Shown: piece after piece, positions 28,408-38,489 of the stretch
How the letters are laid out: every line of letters starts with the position of its first letter
How positions within the stretch are numbered: position 1 is the first letter of the stretch
NCBI GenBank assembly: GCA_043827405.1
Contig: JBDRPD010000054.1
Span: 1 to 64,000 of the forward strand
Direction: 5' to 3'
Length of the DNA: 64,000 nt
DNA from: Elusimicrobiota bacterium
GTDB taxonomy: Bacteria > Elusimicrobiota > Elusimicrobia > UBA1565
Translations under genes and position numbers: made by a program
Notes under the pieces: model-generated
Databases searched by the model: none
Seen by the model: the letters and a program-made list of their open reading frames with translations, nothing else
Told to the model about the DNA's origin: nothing

Positions 28408-29148
28408 ATGGGCGCTATATTGGTCCTCGCATCGTTGCTCTGTGCCGTTTCCGTTTCAGCGGCGGACAAGCCGCTCGACGCCAAGGCGCTCATTAAGGAT
28501 ATCGAGACCGCGGCGCGCGGCAAGACCTCGCATGCGGTCGCGGCGATGCGCATCAAGACCGAGTACTGGGAGCGTGAGCTCAAGATGGAGATGTGGGGCG
28601 AGGGGCGCGAAAAGTTTCTCGCCGTGATCCGGGAACCGAAGAAGGAGCGCGGTACCGCGACCTTGAAGCGCGACGATGAGGTGTGGAACTTCCTGCCCAA
28701 AATCGACCGGCTGATCAAGGTCCCGTCTTCGCTCATGGGCGACAGCTGGATGGGCTCGCATATCACCAACGATGACCTGGTCAAGGAGGACAAGATCGAG
28801 GAGCTCTTCGACTTGGAGATCGTGTCGCATGAGGGTTCGATCGTTGTGATCGGGGCGACTCCCAAGCCGGACGCGGCCGTCGTCTGGGGGCGGATCGTCT
28901 ATCGCGCGGACCTCGAGCGCCGCGTCGCGCTGAGCGTCGACTACTTCGACGAGGACGGCGCGAAGATCCGGACCATGGTTTTCGATAAGGTGGAGAAGAT
29001 CGCGGGCCGCTTCGTGCCGCTGCGCATGCGCATTCAGCCGGTCGAGGACGAAGGGGAGTTTACGGAGATCGTCTATGATACGCTGCAGCTCGATGTGCCC
29101 CTTAAGGCGGGGCTGTTTTCCGTCCGCTCGCTGAGGAAAAAGCATTGA
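28408..29148 (+). CDS. Outer-membrane lipoprotein-sorting (LolA-like) protein
   Basis: Signal peptide, SWMGSHITNDDL, heads a LolCDE-like ABC operon. Confidence 0.82.
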   Translation: MGAILVLASLLCAVSVSAADKPLDAKALIKDIETAARGKTSHAVAAMRIKTEYWERELKMEMWGEGREKFLAVIREPKKERGTATLKRDDEVWNFLPKIDRLIKVPSSLMGDSWMGSHITNDDLVKEDKIEELFDLEIVSHEGSIVVIGATPKPDAAVVWGRIVYRADLERRVALSVDYFDEDGAKIRTMVFDKVEKIAGRFVPLRMRIQPVEDEGEFTEIVYDTLQLDVPLKAGLFSVRSLRKKH

Positions 29149-30374
29149 GGCTCTTCGCGCTGCTTGCCTTCCGCAACTTGTGGCGCCAGCCCTCGCGTAC
29201 CGGATTGACCATCGCCGCCATGGCTTGCGGCACGGGGCTGCTCATCGTCTCGCTCGGCCTCATGTACGGCATGCTTTGGGACATGGTGGCGGGTGCGACG
29301 GAGAACTATCACGGCCATGCCGTGATCACCGCCGACCGCTATCTCGAACGGCGCCGAATTCAGCTGACGCTGCCGGAAGACCGGCCGCCGCAGCGCGTGC
29401 TGTCCGCTCCCGAAGTTCTCGCCCATAGCGCGCGGGTGCACGGCTTCGCCCTGCTCAGCGCGGGCGACGGCAAGACTTCGCGCACCCAGCCGGCGGAGCT
29501 CCTCGGTATCGACCCGGCGGGCGAACGCGGCGTCAGCCGTCTGCCCAAGCGCGTGGCCGAGGGACGCTTTTTGCTGGGGCTTTCGGGCAAGGAGATGGTC
29601 TTGGGCAAGGGGCTCACGCAGCGTATCGGCGCGGAGATCGGGTCGAAGATCGCGGTCATGGGGCAGGCCGCCGACGGCTCGATCGCTGCCGAGCTCTTTA
29701 CCATGGTCGGCATCCTGGATTCGGGAGATCAAATCCGCGACGCGTCATTGGCGCTGGTGGGGCGACGGGATCTGCAGGAGCTGCTGGTGCTCGAAGGGCG
29801 GGTGCATGAATGGGTGCTGGCGCTAAATGCGCCGCTGGCCGCGAATTCGTGGGCCGCGGGGAAGCATATCGCGGGTGCGGAAGTGTCCTCCTGGCATCGG
29901 TTTTTGCCGCAGATGGCCGAGATGCTGGAGCTGATCGGCGTCTACCGGGCGATCTACGCTTTTGTTTTCTACTTCGCGGTGCTCCTGGTCACGATGAATA
30001 CCATGTATATGGCGCTGCTTGAGCGCGAGCGCGAGTTCGCTGTTATGGGTGCCGCCGGCCTGCAGCCGGTCCGGCTGGCGAGTCTGCTGATGCTGGAGGC
30101 GCTGATGCTGAGCATCGTCGCCGCCGGGCTGGGAGGGGCGCTGGGCGCCGCGGGGAGCTTCTACCTGGAGGCGCATCCGCTTGATTTTCGCGGGAGCTTC
30201 TCTACTCTGTCCTGGGTGGGCGCTTCGATAGAACCGGTATTCCGCGCCTCGCCGACCTGGGACGGCATCTTCTGGCCGATGGGCATGACCGTGCTGCTGG
30301 GATTTTTCGTCGCCCTGCTCCCGGCGTGGAAGCTGTATCGGATGCGTCCCGTCGATATTCTGCGGGAGGTGTGA
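29145..30374 (+). CDS. ABC transporter permease (FtsX/LolC-E/MacB-like)
   Basis: AFRNLWRQPSRT, NTMYMALLEREREFAVM, 4-TM type VII topology. TTG start overlaps the previous stop. Confidence 0.88.
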   Translation: MRLFALLAFRNLWRQPSRTGLTIAAMACGTGLLIVSLGLMYGMLWDMVAGATENYHGHAVITADRYLERRRIQLTLPEDRPPQRVLSAPEVLAHSARVHGFALLSAGDGKTSRTQPAELLGIDPAGERGVSRLPKRVAEGRFLLGLSGKEMVLGKGLTQRIGAEIGSKIAVMGQAADGSIAAELFTMVGILDSGDQIRDASLALVGRRDLQELLVLEGRVHEWVLALNAPLAANSWAAGKHIAGAEVSSWHRFLPQMAEMLELIGVYRAIYAFVFYFAVLLVTMNTMYMALLEREREFAVMGAAGLQPVRLASLLMLEALMLSIVAAGLGGALGAAGSFYLEAHPLDFRGSFSTLSWVGASIEPVFRASPTWDGIFWPMGMTVLLGFFVALLPAWKLYRMRPVDILREV

Positions 30375-31615
30375 TGCTCTGGCTCAAGTTCGGCTGGCGC
30401 AACCTTTGGCGGTCGCCGCGGCGCACCGTCATCGAAATCACCTCGATCTCCGGAGCGGTGTTTCTCTGCATGTGGACGGTCAGCATGCAGTCCGGGATGT
30501 ACCCGAAGATGATCGAAGAGGGCACGCGCATGGGCTCGGGCCATATCGGCTTCTACCAGAAGGACTACCTCGAGCTGCGGCGGGCGGCGCTGACCTTCCC
30601 GATTGCCGAGCTTATGGAAAAGCTCGCGGCTGAAGAAGGTGTTAAAGGGGTTTTTGCCCGTGTTCACCTGCCGGGGCTGGCGCGTTCGAGCCGCGACAGC
30701 CGCGGCGCCGCTATGCTGGGCCTGGATCTGGAGCGCGAGAAAGGTACGAATCCGCTGCTTAAGGACAAGCACCTGGCGGCGGGACGCTGGCCCAAGAATA
30801 ACAGCTTCAAAGAGGCGGTGATGGGCGCGGGGCTCGCCAACGAGCTGGGACTCAAGCTGAATCGCAAGTTCGTCTGGATGACTCAGGACAAGAACGGCGA
30901 GATGGTCAGCCGGCTTTTCCGTGTATGCGGCTTCATCAAGACCGGCATCCCCGATATCGACAAAGGGTTGGTTTTGGTCGCGCGACCCGCGGCGGCCGGT
31001 ATTCTCGGCGCGCCCGGGCACGCCCATGAGGTCGCGGTGCTGCTCGCCGACTACCGGCAAGTGAAGTCCTTTCTGCCGCGTGCGGAGCTGCTGGCCAGCA
31101 GCATGCCGCACGTCGACGCGGTCACGTGGCAGGCGGCCATGCCGCAAATTGCCGACGCCATCCGCCTGGACCGCGCGAGCGGCTATATCTTTCTTTCGCT
31201 GCTGATGCTCATCGTCGGTATCGGCACGGCCAATACTATGCTTATGAGCATCCTCGAGCGGGTGCGCGAGTTCGGCGTGGTGCGCAGCCTGGGGCTCGAC
31301 AGGAAAAGCGTCGTGCGTATGATTCTGGCCGAGGGCTTCGTGCTGGGGCTGACGGGTTCGGCGTTCGGCATCGCCGCGGGCTCGCTGCTGATTCTTTACC
31401 AGTCCCGCTACGGCTTCGACCTGACCGGTCTCATGGGGGAGAAGGGGCAGGAGTTCGCCGGCGTGCTCATTGAACCGATCCTTTATCCGGCCTGGGACTG
31501 GCCGCGCGTGGCCGCGATCGCGGCGATCATGTGCTTGATCGCGCTGACGGCTTCGATTTACCCGACGTTGCGCGCCCTCGGCGTTCGTCCGGCCGAGGCG
31601 ATGAGGAGATACTGA
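30374..31615 (+). CDS. ABC transporter permease (FtsX/LolC-E/MacB-like)
   Basis: GWRNLWRSPRRT, NTMLMSILERVREFGV. Start at ATG 30374 after GGAGG. Confidence 0.88.
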   Translation: MLWLKFGWRNLWRSPRRTVIEITSISGAVFLCMWTVSMQSGMYPKMIEEGTRMGSGHIGFYQKDYLELRRAALTFPIAELMEKLAAEEGVKGVFARVHLPGLARSSRDSRGAAMLGLDLEREKGTNPLLKDKHLAAGRWPKNNSFKEAVMGAGLANELGLKLNRKFVWMTQDKNGEMVSRLFRVCGFIKTGIPDIDKGLVLVARPAAAGILGAPGHAHEVAVLLADYRQVKSFLPRAELLASSMPHVDAVTWQAAMPQIADAIRLDRASGYIFLSLLMLIVGIGTANTMLMSILERVREFGVVRSLGLDRKSVVRMILAEGFVLGLTGSAFGIAAGSLLILYQSRYGFDLTGLMGEKGQEFAGVLIEPILYPAWDWPRVAAIAAIMCLIALTASIYPTLRALGVRPAEAMRRY

Positions 31616-32313
31616 TGGCAGCGGAAAAAGAAGAGGTCATCCGCGTTGCAGGCGCGGCCAAGCACTTCCAAAGCGGCGATCACGTCGTGCGCGCCGTGGA
31701 CGGGGTGGATCTGACGCTCAAGCGCGGGGAATTCGCGGCCTTGGCTGGCCCGTCGGGAAGCGGCAAAACCACCTTGCTTAATCTTATTGGAGGACTCGAC
31801 CGGCCCGATCAAGGAGAGATCGTGATCGATGGTCGGGAGACCTCGAAACTGTCCGATAATGAGCTGACGCGGCTGCGGCTGCACCGCATCGGCTTTGTCT
31901 TTCAGGCCTATAATCTCATCCCGGTGCTTTCAGCTTACGAGAACGTGCAGTTCATCCTGCAGATTCAGGGCGCTCCCGAGGCGGAGCATGCGGGGCGCAT
32001 CGCGCCGATCTTCAAAGAGCTGGGGATCGATGAGCTGCAGGGACGGCGGCCGACCCAGCTCTCGGGCGGTCAGCAGCAGCGGGTGGCGGTGGCGCGTGCG
32101 GTGGTGGGGACGCCGGCGATCGTGCTGGCCGACGAGCCGACCGCGAACCTTGATTCCGCGACCGCCCGCGGGCTGATGGACCTCATGAAGCGTCTCAACC
32201 AGGAGCAGCGAGTGACTTTCCTGTTCAGCTCCCACGATCCCATGGTCCTCGGACGGGCGCGACGCGTGATCCGGATGCGGGACGGAAAGATCGTCGATGA
32301 AGAGAGGCACTAG
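31615..32313 (+). CDS. ABC transporter ATP-binding protein (LolD-like)
   Basis: GPSGSGKT, LSGGQQQRVA, LADEPT, SHD. Confidence 0.93.
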   Translation: MAAEKEEVIRVAGAAKHFQSGDHVVRAVDGVDLTLKRGEFAALAGPSGSGKTTLLNLIGGLDRPDQGEIVIDGRETSKLSDNELTRLRLHRIGFVFQAYNLIPVLSAYENVQFILQIQGAPEAEHAGRIAPIFKELGIDELQGRRPTQLSGGQQQRVAVARAVVGTPAIVLADEPTANLDSATARGLMDLMKRLNQEQRVTFLFSSHDPMVLGRARRVIRMRDGKIVDEERH

Positions 32314-33478
32314 TCTTCTTGTCCTGCTGCTGTCCGCCGCCTCGGCGCGGGCGGAAATCGTTCCCGGCATCGCCTTCCGGGAGAATTTGCTTTATTTGGC
32401 CGCTCCGCGGCTGACGGCTCCGGGTCTCCCGAACAAAGCCTATTGGCTGTCGGCGACTTTCGTGCGGCCGACCCTCGAGGCGACCTATGCGGAGTGGAAT
32501 GTCGACGCGGCGCTTGAGCTCGCGACGCTGGCCAACTCGGCGGGCGTGCGGGATATCGGACGGGCTCAGGCGGGCGGCAGCGCCTTCGCCCGGGGCGATA
32601 TCCTGGAATGGTGGGAGCTGACCGCGGAGCCGGTCCGCGAGCCGGACAAGAATGTGCGCCTGCGGGCGGAGCGCTTGAAGGTCTCGCGCAGCTTCGGCGC
32701 TTTCGACGTGGACCTCGGGCGCCAGCCGGTCTCGCTCGGCACATCGCATTTCGTCGGCGTGCTGGACGTGCTGGCGCCGTTTCCTCCCGGCGACTTGGAT
32801 GCCACGTATAAGCCCGGAATCGACGCCGCCCGTATTCGCACCTCCATCGGCGAGGAAGGGGAGATCGAGGGTATCGGTGCGGGCGCCTATCGCGCGCGCG
32901 ATGCGGCGGGCATCCTGCGTCTGCGCCATCCGGTGCGCAGCGTGGATGTCGAGCTCGTCGGCGGGCGCTTTCGCGGCCATCACTTCGGCGGCGCCGGCTG
33001 GGAGGGGGACATCGAGCCCTTCGCCGTGTGGGGCGAGGCGGCGCTTTTCGATCATCCCGGCAGCCCGAAGTTCTCGGGTGTCGGCGGTGCGGACTATAAG
33101 CTGGCCGAGAATACCACGCTCGGCCTCGGCTACCTATACCAGGCTTTCGGCGCGCGTCGGGCATCCGAGCTGGCCGCTGTCGCGCTGGACGCGCCCTACC
33201 GCGAGGGCTGGGCATTCCTGGGCGGGCGTCAATACGCGGTGCTGGCGGCGCATGCTGAGCCGCATCCTCTGATTCATATCAACCTGTCGGGAATAGTCAG
33301 CCTGACCGATGGCTCTACCTTGTGGCAGCCGCGCCTGACTTGGAATGCCGCCGACGAGGCGGACGTCAGTTTCTACGGCTGGATCGCGACCGGGCGGGCG
33401 CCGGAGGGACTGATCCTGCGCTCCGAGTTCGGCTCCATGGCCGACGGCGCCGGTATGTACTGCCGGGTGTTTTTCTAG
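32297..33478 (+). CDS. Putative outer-membrane beta-barrel protein associated with the ABC system
   Basis: Signal peptide, LGRQPVSLG, amphipathic strands, terminal Phe (YCRVFF). Confidence 0.7.
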   Translation: MKRGTSLLVLLLSAASARAEIVPGIAFRENLLYLAAPRLTAPGLPNKAYWLSATFVRPTLEATYAEWNVDAALELATLANSAGVRDIGRAQAGGSAFARGDILEWWELTAEPVREPDKNVRLRAERLKVSRSFGAFDVDLGRQPVSLGTSHFVGVLDVLAPFPPGDLDATYKPGIDAARIRTSIGEEGEIEGIGAGAYRARDAAGILRLRHPVRSVDVELVGGRFRGHHFGGAGWEGDIEPFAVWGEAALFDHPGSPKFSGVGGADYKLAENTTLGLGYLYQAFGARRASELAAVALDAPYREGWAFLGGRQYAVLAAHAEPHPLIHINLSGIVSLTDGSTLWQPRLTWNAADEADVSFYGWIATGRAPEGLILRSEFGSMADGAGMYCRVFF

Positions 33479-33484
33479 GCCGAC

Positions 33485-33520
33485 AAAAAGCCGCCCGTTC
33501 CGGGAACGGGCGGCTTATTG
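33485..33520. terminator. Bidirectional intrinsic terminator
   Basis: AAGCCGCCCGTTC-CGG-GAACGGGCGGCTT hairpin between convergent genes, flanked by A/T. Confidence 0.8.
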
Positions 33521-33540
33521 ATATCGTCTAAGGCGAATGC

Positions 33541-34539
33541 TTACTCGACGCTGGCGGTCAGCAGGGCCTTGATCTCCGCTCCTTCGTATGTGACCTTCTC
33601 CGTTTCGCGGTAGTCCTGCCACTTGTCGTTGGAGATTTGCCCCACCCGCTTGAAGCGCCACTTGACGTAGTACTCCTTGCCGGGCTTGAGGTCGCCGCTC
33701 AGTTCCTGCGCGTAATCCGCGAAGTTGACGCGGTGGACTTCGGCCGCCGGGATCGTGATCTCCGTTTTCAGCGCCGTCGAGTCGAACCAGTTCTTGTAGT
33801 AGCGTACGAGCCGGACCTCAACGGTCACTTTCTCGCCCTCATAGAACTCGATCCAGCGGTCTTTCAGCTGCAGCGAGAAGCTCCCGGTTTCCTGGTCGAA
33901 GCCGAAGGCGGCCTGAATCCCGTTCGGATCGGGGTTGGCGCGGTTCTTGCTGAGCGCGCGCGCGAGCACTGTGTCGCCGTTCCAGCCGGGAACGTCGAGC
34001 GAGTACTTGTGCGAGGCGTCGACCACGTGGGCGCTGAGCCATTGGCCCTGGAGACAGACCTGGAATATGTCGCGCTCCCAGGGGAGCATCTCGCCGCGTC
34101 CCGATACCTCGATGCGGGCCTGGCGGCGCTCGGTGCTGACCCAGCGCTCATGGCACTCGCGGCTCTTCGCGTTATAGCTGTGGTTCGGGCGGCGGTCGCC
34201 TATGCGGTCGCCTTTGCGCGGGTGCGGGCGGGGGTGCCGGGGTGCGTCCGGGATGTTGTAGCAGATCTCCTCGTAGATGCGGCTTTCCAGGCTGATGCGC
34301 TCCGAGGTCATCGGATCGCCCGGGCGGAAGGAGACGGTGGCGCAGTCACGCTCTTCGCGGCGGAAAAGCGGCCGTGCCTCGAACTTGCTATTGACGCCGG
34401 CGGCCTTAACTTCCTTCTTCGCTTCTTTGACTAGCCCCGAAACGTCGACCCCTTGGTCGAAATTGAGGTTATGCTCCAGCGCATCGGCGGCCGGCGCGCC
34501 GAGCATCGCTGCGGCGAGTATCATGCCTATTAGTTTCAT
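33541..34539 (-). CDS. Secreted hypothetical protein (paralog of 39637-40587)
   Basis: Signal peptide. FDQGVD, MLPWERDIFQVCL, LKDRW and YYVKW are shared with 39637-40587. Confidence 0.8.
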   Translation of the reverse strand: MKLIGMILAAAMLGAPAADALEHNLNFDQGVDVSGLVKEAKKEVKAAGVNSKFEARPLFRREERDCATVSFRPGDPMTSERISLESRIYEEICYNIPDAPRHPRPHPRKGDRIGDRRPNHSYNAKSRECHERWVSTERRQARIEVSGRGEMLPWERDIFQVCLQGQWLSAHVVDASHKYSLDVPGWNGDTVLARALSKNRANPDPNGIQAAFGFDQETGSFSLQLKDRWIEFYEGEKVTVEVRLVRYYKNWFDSTALKTEITIPAAEVHRVNFADYAQELSGDLKPGKEYYVKWRFKRVGQISNDKWQDYRETEKVTYEGAEIKALLTASVE

Positions 34540-34749
34540 GTCTGCTATCCCCCTGGGTTTTCCGCAGCGGACTAAAGGTCCTAGTTGCGGCTGGGTCCTG
34601 CGGCCCTATTGTAACGGCACTCATGGGGCAAGACATAGAAGCGATAGGCCCACCCCGATATGGGATAAAGGACCCATAATCCTGCCTCTCGCTTTCGGCG
34701 GGACAATGAATCTGTAACACGGCTGCCCCATAATAATCGTGAGGACACC

Positions 34750-34926
34750 ATGAATGCGATGCTAGCTGGATTTGTAACCTACGGAGCGTCCGAACCCTTG
34801 GGGCTGCCGGATGAGTATGGTCTCTGCTGCGTTATCGCGGGGACCATCATCATTACCATCGCGGCCCGCCTGCTGCCGAAAACGGCAAGGGTAGAGGATG
34901 TCGCCCGGGTCGCGGCGCAGAAATAG
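34750..34926 (+). CDS. Small (58 aa) putative membrane protein
   Basis: Below the ORF-track cutoff. GAGGA RBS, then MNAMLAGFVTYGASEPLGLPDEYGLCCVIAGTIIITIAARLLPKTARVEDVARVAAQK with one hydrophobic stretch. Confidence 0.5.
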   Translation: MNAMLAGFVTYGASEPLGLPDEYGLCCVIAGTIIITIAARLLPKTARVEDVARVAAQK

Positions 34927-34940
34927 CCGACAGCCCCGTC

Positions 34941-35663
34941 CTAACAGAACTCCTTAAGGAATTCCTTAAGGAGGTTAACTGGCGGGTCGAGGTCGAGGAA
35001 GCGCGCCGCCGTCGATTCGTAGCCTAATTTCCCTCCGCTTTTTTCGTGCATCCCCACGTAAAAGTCGTAGCGCTCCTTGTTGGTCCGGCTGTCGAGTTCG
35101 GGGTGGAACTGGGTGCAGTAGGCCGGACCGCCGCCGATGCGGAAAGCCTGGTGCTCTACGAGCTCGCTCTCCGCCAGGCGGACGGCGTTCCCCGGCGCGC
35201 GCGCGACGCGGTCGACGTGGCCGAGATGGGCATGGAAGGAGGGGGGCAGTTTGCCGAACAGCGGGTCCTGTGCCCCCTCCGGCGTCAGGCGAATCTCGAA
35301 TGTGCCGACCTCGCGGCAGGCCCGATCCTCGACCACTTCGCCGCCAAGTGCGGCGGCTACGATATGAAAGCCCATGCAGGAGCCGAAAAAAGGCACCTGC
35401 CGGTTGAGGACCTCCAGTACAAAATCCTGTGTTTTCCGGTGGTGGGCAAAGGGCTTGGTCGCCATGGAATAGTCCCCGGCTCCTCCGACCATGACGGCGT
35501 CAAAGTCCCGCCAGGCGCCTGGCGCGGGTGCGGCGAGAACCGCATTATGGGCGATGATCCGCTCCGGGGCAACACCGCACATCTTGGCGAAGCAGTCGTG
35601 CTCATGGCCGGCCATCGGGTCATCGGCATTGCGGATTTGCAGGAGAAGAATATGGGGAGCCAT
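34941..35663 (-). CDS. Class I glutamine amidotransferase
   Basis: GSCMGFH nucleophile elbow, TQFHPE triad. Confidence 0.88.
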   Translation of the reverse strand: MAPHILLLQIRNADDPMAGHEHDCFAKMCGVAPERIIAHNAVLAAPAPGAWRDFDAVMVGGAGDYSMATKPFAHHRKTQDFVLEVLNRQVPFFGSCMGFHIVAAALGGEVVEDRACREVGTFEIRLTPEGAQDPLFGKLPPSFHAHLGHVDRVARAPGNAVRLAESELVEHQAFRIGGGPAYCTQFHPELDSRTNKERYDFYVGMHEKSGGKLGYESTAARFLDLDPPVNLLKEFLKEFC

Positions 35664-35955
35664 GGCCGATGTATACTTCTATTTCCGCTGCCGGGGCAAT
35701 AGAGGGCATTCATCTTCCTGGGCCCTCCGGGCATGTATTTAACATCGCGCGCGCGGCGCGTCCTTGGGTGCCGAATCGCGCGGAAAAAATATCGGCCCAG
35801 CAGGCCTATGGGCGATAGATGTTTTCTCGTCGAGGCGGTGGCTGCGCGCGCGGGCCCTAGTCGCGCCATGTGGGCCCAAGGGCCCAGGTAGTATACTGGG
35901 CCCAAGGGCCCAGCGGGCTGGGCCCTACGCTTCTTGTGGGTTTTCTGGAGCGGAG

Positions 35956-36076
35956 TATAATCATAGCGTACCCTGTAATCCTTAAAATTGGTTAAGGAGT
36001 ATCCACCCCCGGCCGGAACCGGGGTGACCAGGGGAAACAGATGAGTCGTTTCACTGTTTCCCCTGGTCATTTTTTT
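35956..36076 (+). promoter_or_regulatory. TATAAT promoter followed by a structured leader ending in a strong intrinsic terminator upstream of the subtilase gene
   Basis: TATAAT at 35956. TCCTTAA/TTAAGGA hairpin. 16-bp stem TGACCAGGGGAAACAG/CTGTTTCCCCTGGTCA (36025-36069) followed by T7. Confidence 0.6.
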
Positions 36077-36102
36077 AGGGACGAGACGGAGGACGAACGA
36101 GA

Positions 36103-38460
36103 ATGCGGAAAAACAAGCTCAAGCAGCCCCGCTGGACTCTCAAATTTCTCATCAAGCGCTACGGCATGCTGATCGCTCCGCTATGCATCTGGGCATATGT
36201 GATGCTGGCGATCCTAATGTCCGCGCCGACCATTAATGCCGCGGAACCCCCCGTCACCGGCACCTTTATCGAGCAGTACGGGCGCGCCTACGGGCTGTCG
36301 ACCGACGGCCGCGGCGGCATCTTCTATAAGAAAGAGGGAGTTCGCGAGGCTTTGGCTTTTCAGCCTAAGATGCTCAACGGCGCGGTTCTCGACCGGCTGC
36401 ACCTGCTCACGGCGAAGATCGCGGAGCAGAATCCGGACGAGGCTCTGGTCCCGGTGCTGCAGACCTTGCTGCGGCCGACCTTGGGTGAAGTGAACCGCCT
36501 TAACGGCAAGCTCCTTTATGTGAAGAAGGACGGCGTCCTCCAGCTGACGCAGTTCGGCCGCAATATGCTGATGGACCTGCTGACCGCGCAGGATGGGGTC
36601 AACTTTCAAGGGCCGGTGCCGGCGTCGCAGGATGGACTGCCCAAGGTCCGCCGGGAGTCGGTGCTGGAGCGCCTTAAGAAGGAAGGCCAGCTGCTGCATC
36701 TGGCCGAGCAGGCGCGGAGCGCCGGCGGCGAGGTGTTTGATGCGGGAAATGCCGCACCGCAGCAGCTTGTCTATCCTATGGAAGCCTACGGTAAGTGGCG
36801 TAAGCTCGAGAAGGGCAAGGCGGGCGACGTCTACATCGATCCCGAGACCGGAAATATGCGGCTTATCGTTTCCGCGAAGAATGCGGTAGTCTCTGATCGC
36901 TTCAAAGTGCTCGACGGCGAGGAGAACGGCATCTACGAAGAGACCGGTTTGGACGAGAAGCTGATCGCCGCGCATGGCGGGAAAATCGTTCGCGCCATCG
37001 ACAACCTCGTTGAGGTGGATATCTCGAAGGAGCAGGCGGCCGAGCTCGGCCGGGCTCTCGAGGAGCGCGGCGTCCACAGCCAGCCCAATCTGGCCGTGGC
37101 CATGGCGAATGCCGGCCGCGAGATCGCCAAGCAGCGCTTTCCGTTCGCCGGCCTCCTGCCTTTCGGCAAAAACCTGCTCAAGCGTCTGACGGGCGGCGAG
37201 TACAGGATCCAGTCGGACGTCGCCAAGAACCTGCTGCAGGTCGACAAGATGTGGGAAAAGGGCATGGAGGGCGAAGGGACCGTGGTCGGCATCATCGACA
37301 CCGGTCTCGATACCAAGCACCCCGACTTCAAGGACCGGGTGCTGACCTATGTCGACCTGGTCCAGGGCGGCGTCGATGCCGTGGGCCATGGGACGCACTG
37401 CGCCGGCGCGGTCGGCGGCGACGGCAAAGCCTCCGGCGGCAAGTACAAGGGCATGGCGCCGAAAACCAAGTTCGTGATCATCCAGGTGTTCAATTCCTGG
37501 GGCATGGGAGCCTCGGAGATGTCGCTCCTGGCGGCGATGAAGATCGCCAGTTCCCTGCCCAAGAACATCCGGCCCGACGTCCTCAGCATGAGCCTCGGCA
37601 TCGCCGGCCCGGGCGGCCATAACCTGCATTCCACCAGCCTGCTGTCGAACTACATGATGCTGCGCAATAAAGTGTTCCTCTCCATCGCGGCGGGCAACAG
37701 CGGCCCGGAGAAGTATACGGTCGGCGCGCCGGGCAACGCCAAGCATGCCTTGACCGTGACCGGTACGGACAAGCACAAGGAGATTCCCTTCTTCCCGTCG
37801 CGCGGCCCGATTACCAACTGGCCGTTCAAGGAGTACAACAAGCCCGACCTCGCCACCATCGCCGGCGGCGTTACGCGCGGCAATAAGTGCCCCTACGCCC
37901 CGGAAGGCTTGATCGCGGCCAAAAGCGGCGACGAGAAATTCCCGCAGTCAGGCGGGGATGCCTGCGACGCGCCGGGCAATCCCTACTACCGTTACATGTC
38001 CGGCACCTCGATGGCGACTCCTCTCGCCTCGGGGATCGCCGCCGACGTGATCGGCTACCTAAAAGCCAACGGTATCCCCTACACCGCGTCGGAGGTCAAA
38101 GCGCTCCTCATGGAGACCGCCGACGATCTCGGGCGTCCAGCCTATGAGCAGGGGGCCGGCTTCGTCAACGGCGAGCGGCTGGCCAAGGCTCTGGAAGAGC
38201 GGGTCAAGGCCGGTGCCGTCGCCGGCAACGTCGCGCTGATGGTAGCGCGCGACCTGACCGGGTTCCAGAAGTGGTACCTGGAAAAGCATAAAAGCATCGT
38301 AATGACCCAGGCGGGTCTGCTGGACACCAGAACCAACCACCTGGTCCATAACGACGCGGAAGTCGACGCGCTGCGTCAAACGGTAAAGGACGAGTACGCG
38401 AGCAAGCCGCTCCTGGAGCGCATCAAGATCAGGCTGGCGTTCGCGCGGAGGAGCAAGTAA
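36103..38460 (+). CDS. S8 (subtilisin-like) serine peptidase with long N-terminal region
   Basis: GIIDTG (Asp), GHGTHCAG (His), AAGNSG, SGTSMATP (Ser). Confidence 0.92.
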   Translation: MRKNKLKQPRWTLKFLIKRYGMLIAPLCIWAYVMLAILMSAPTINAAEPPVTGTFIEQYGRAYGLSTDGRGGIFYKKEGVREALAFQPKMLNGAVLDRLHLLTAKIAEQNPDEALVPVLQTLLRPTLGEVNRLNGKLLYVKKDGVLQLTQFGRNMLMDLLTAQDGVNFQGPVPASQDGLPKVRRESVLERLKKEGQLLHLAEQARSAGGEVFDAGNAAPQQLVYPMEAYGKWRKLEKGKAGDVYIDPETGNMRLIVSAKNAVVSDRFKVLDGEENGIYEETGLDEKLIAAHGGKIVRAIDNLVEVDISKEQAAELGRALEERGVHSQPNLAVAMANAGREIAKQRFPFAGLLPFGKNLLKRLTGGEYRIQSDVAKNLLQVDKMWEKGMEGEGTVVGIIDTGLDTKHPDFKDRVLTYVDLVQGGVDAVGHGTHCAGAVGGDGKASGGKYKGMAPKTKFVIIQVFNSWGMGASEMSLLAAMKIASSLPKNIRPDVLSMSLGIAGPGGHNLHSTSLLSNYMMLRNKVFLSIAAGNSGPEKYTVGAPGNAKHALTVTGTDKHKEIPFFPSRGPITNWPFKEYNKPDLATIAGGVTRGNKCPYAPEGLIAAKSGDEKFPQSGGDACDAPGNPYYRYMSGTSMATPLASGIAADVIGYLKANGIPYTASEVKALLMETADDLGRPAYEQGAGFVNGERLAKALEERVKAGAVAGNVALMVARDLTGFQKWYLEKHKSIVMTQAGLLDTRTNHLVHNDAEVDALRQTVKDEYASKPLLERIKIRLAFARRSK

Positions 38461-38489
38461 TGCAAGTCAAAACGTGCGGAGAAAAGTAC

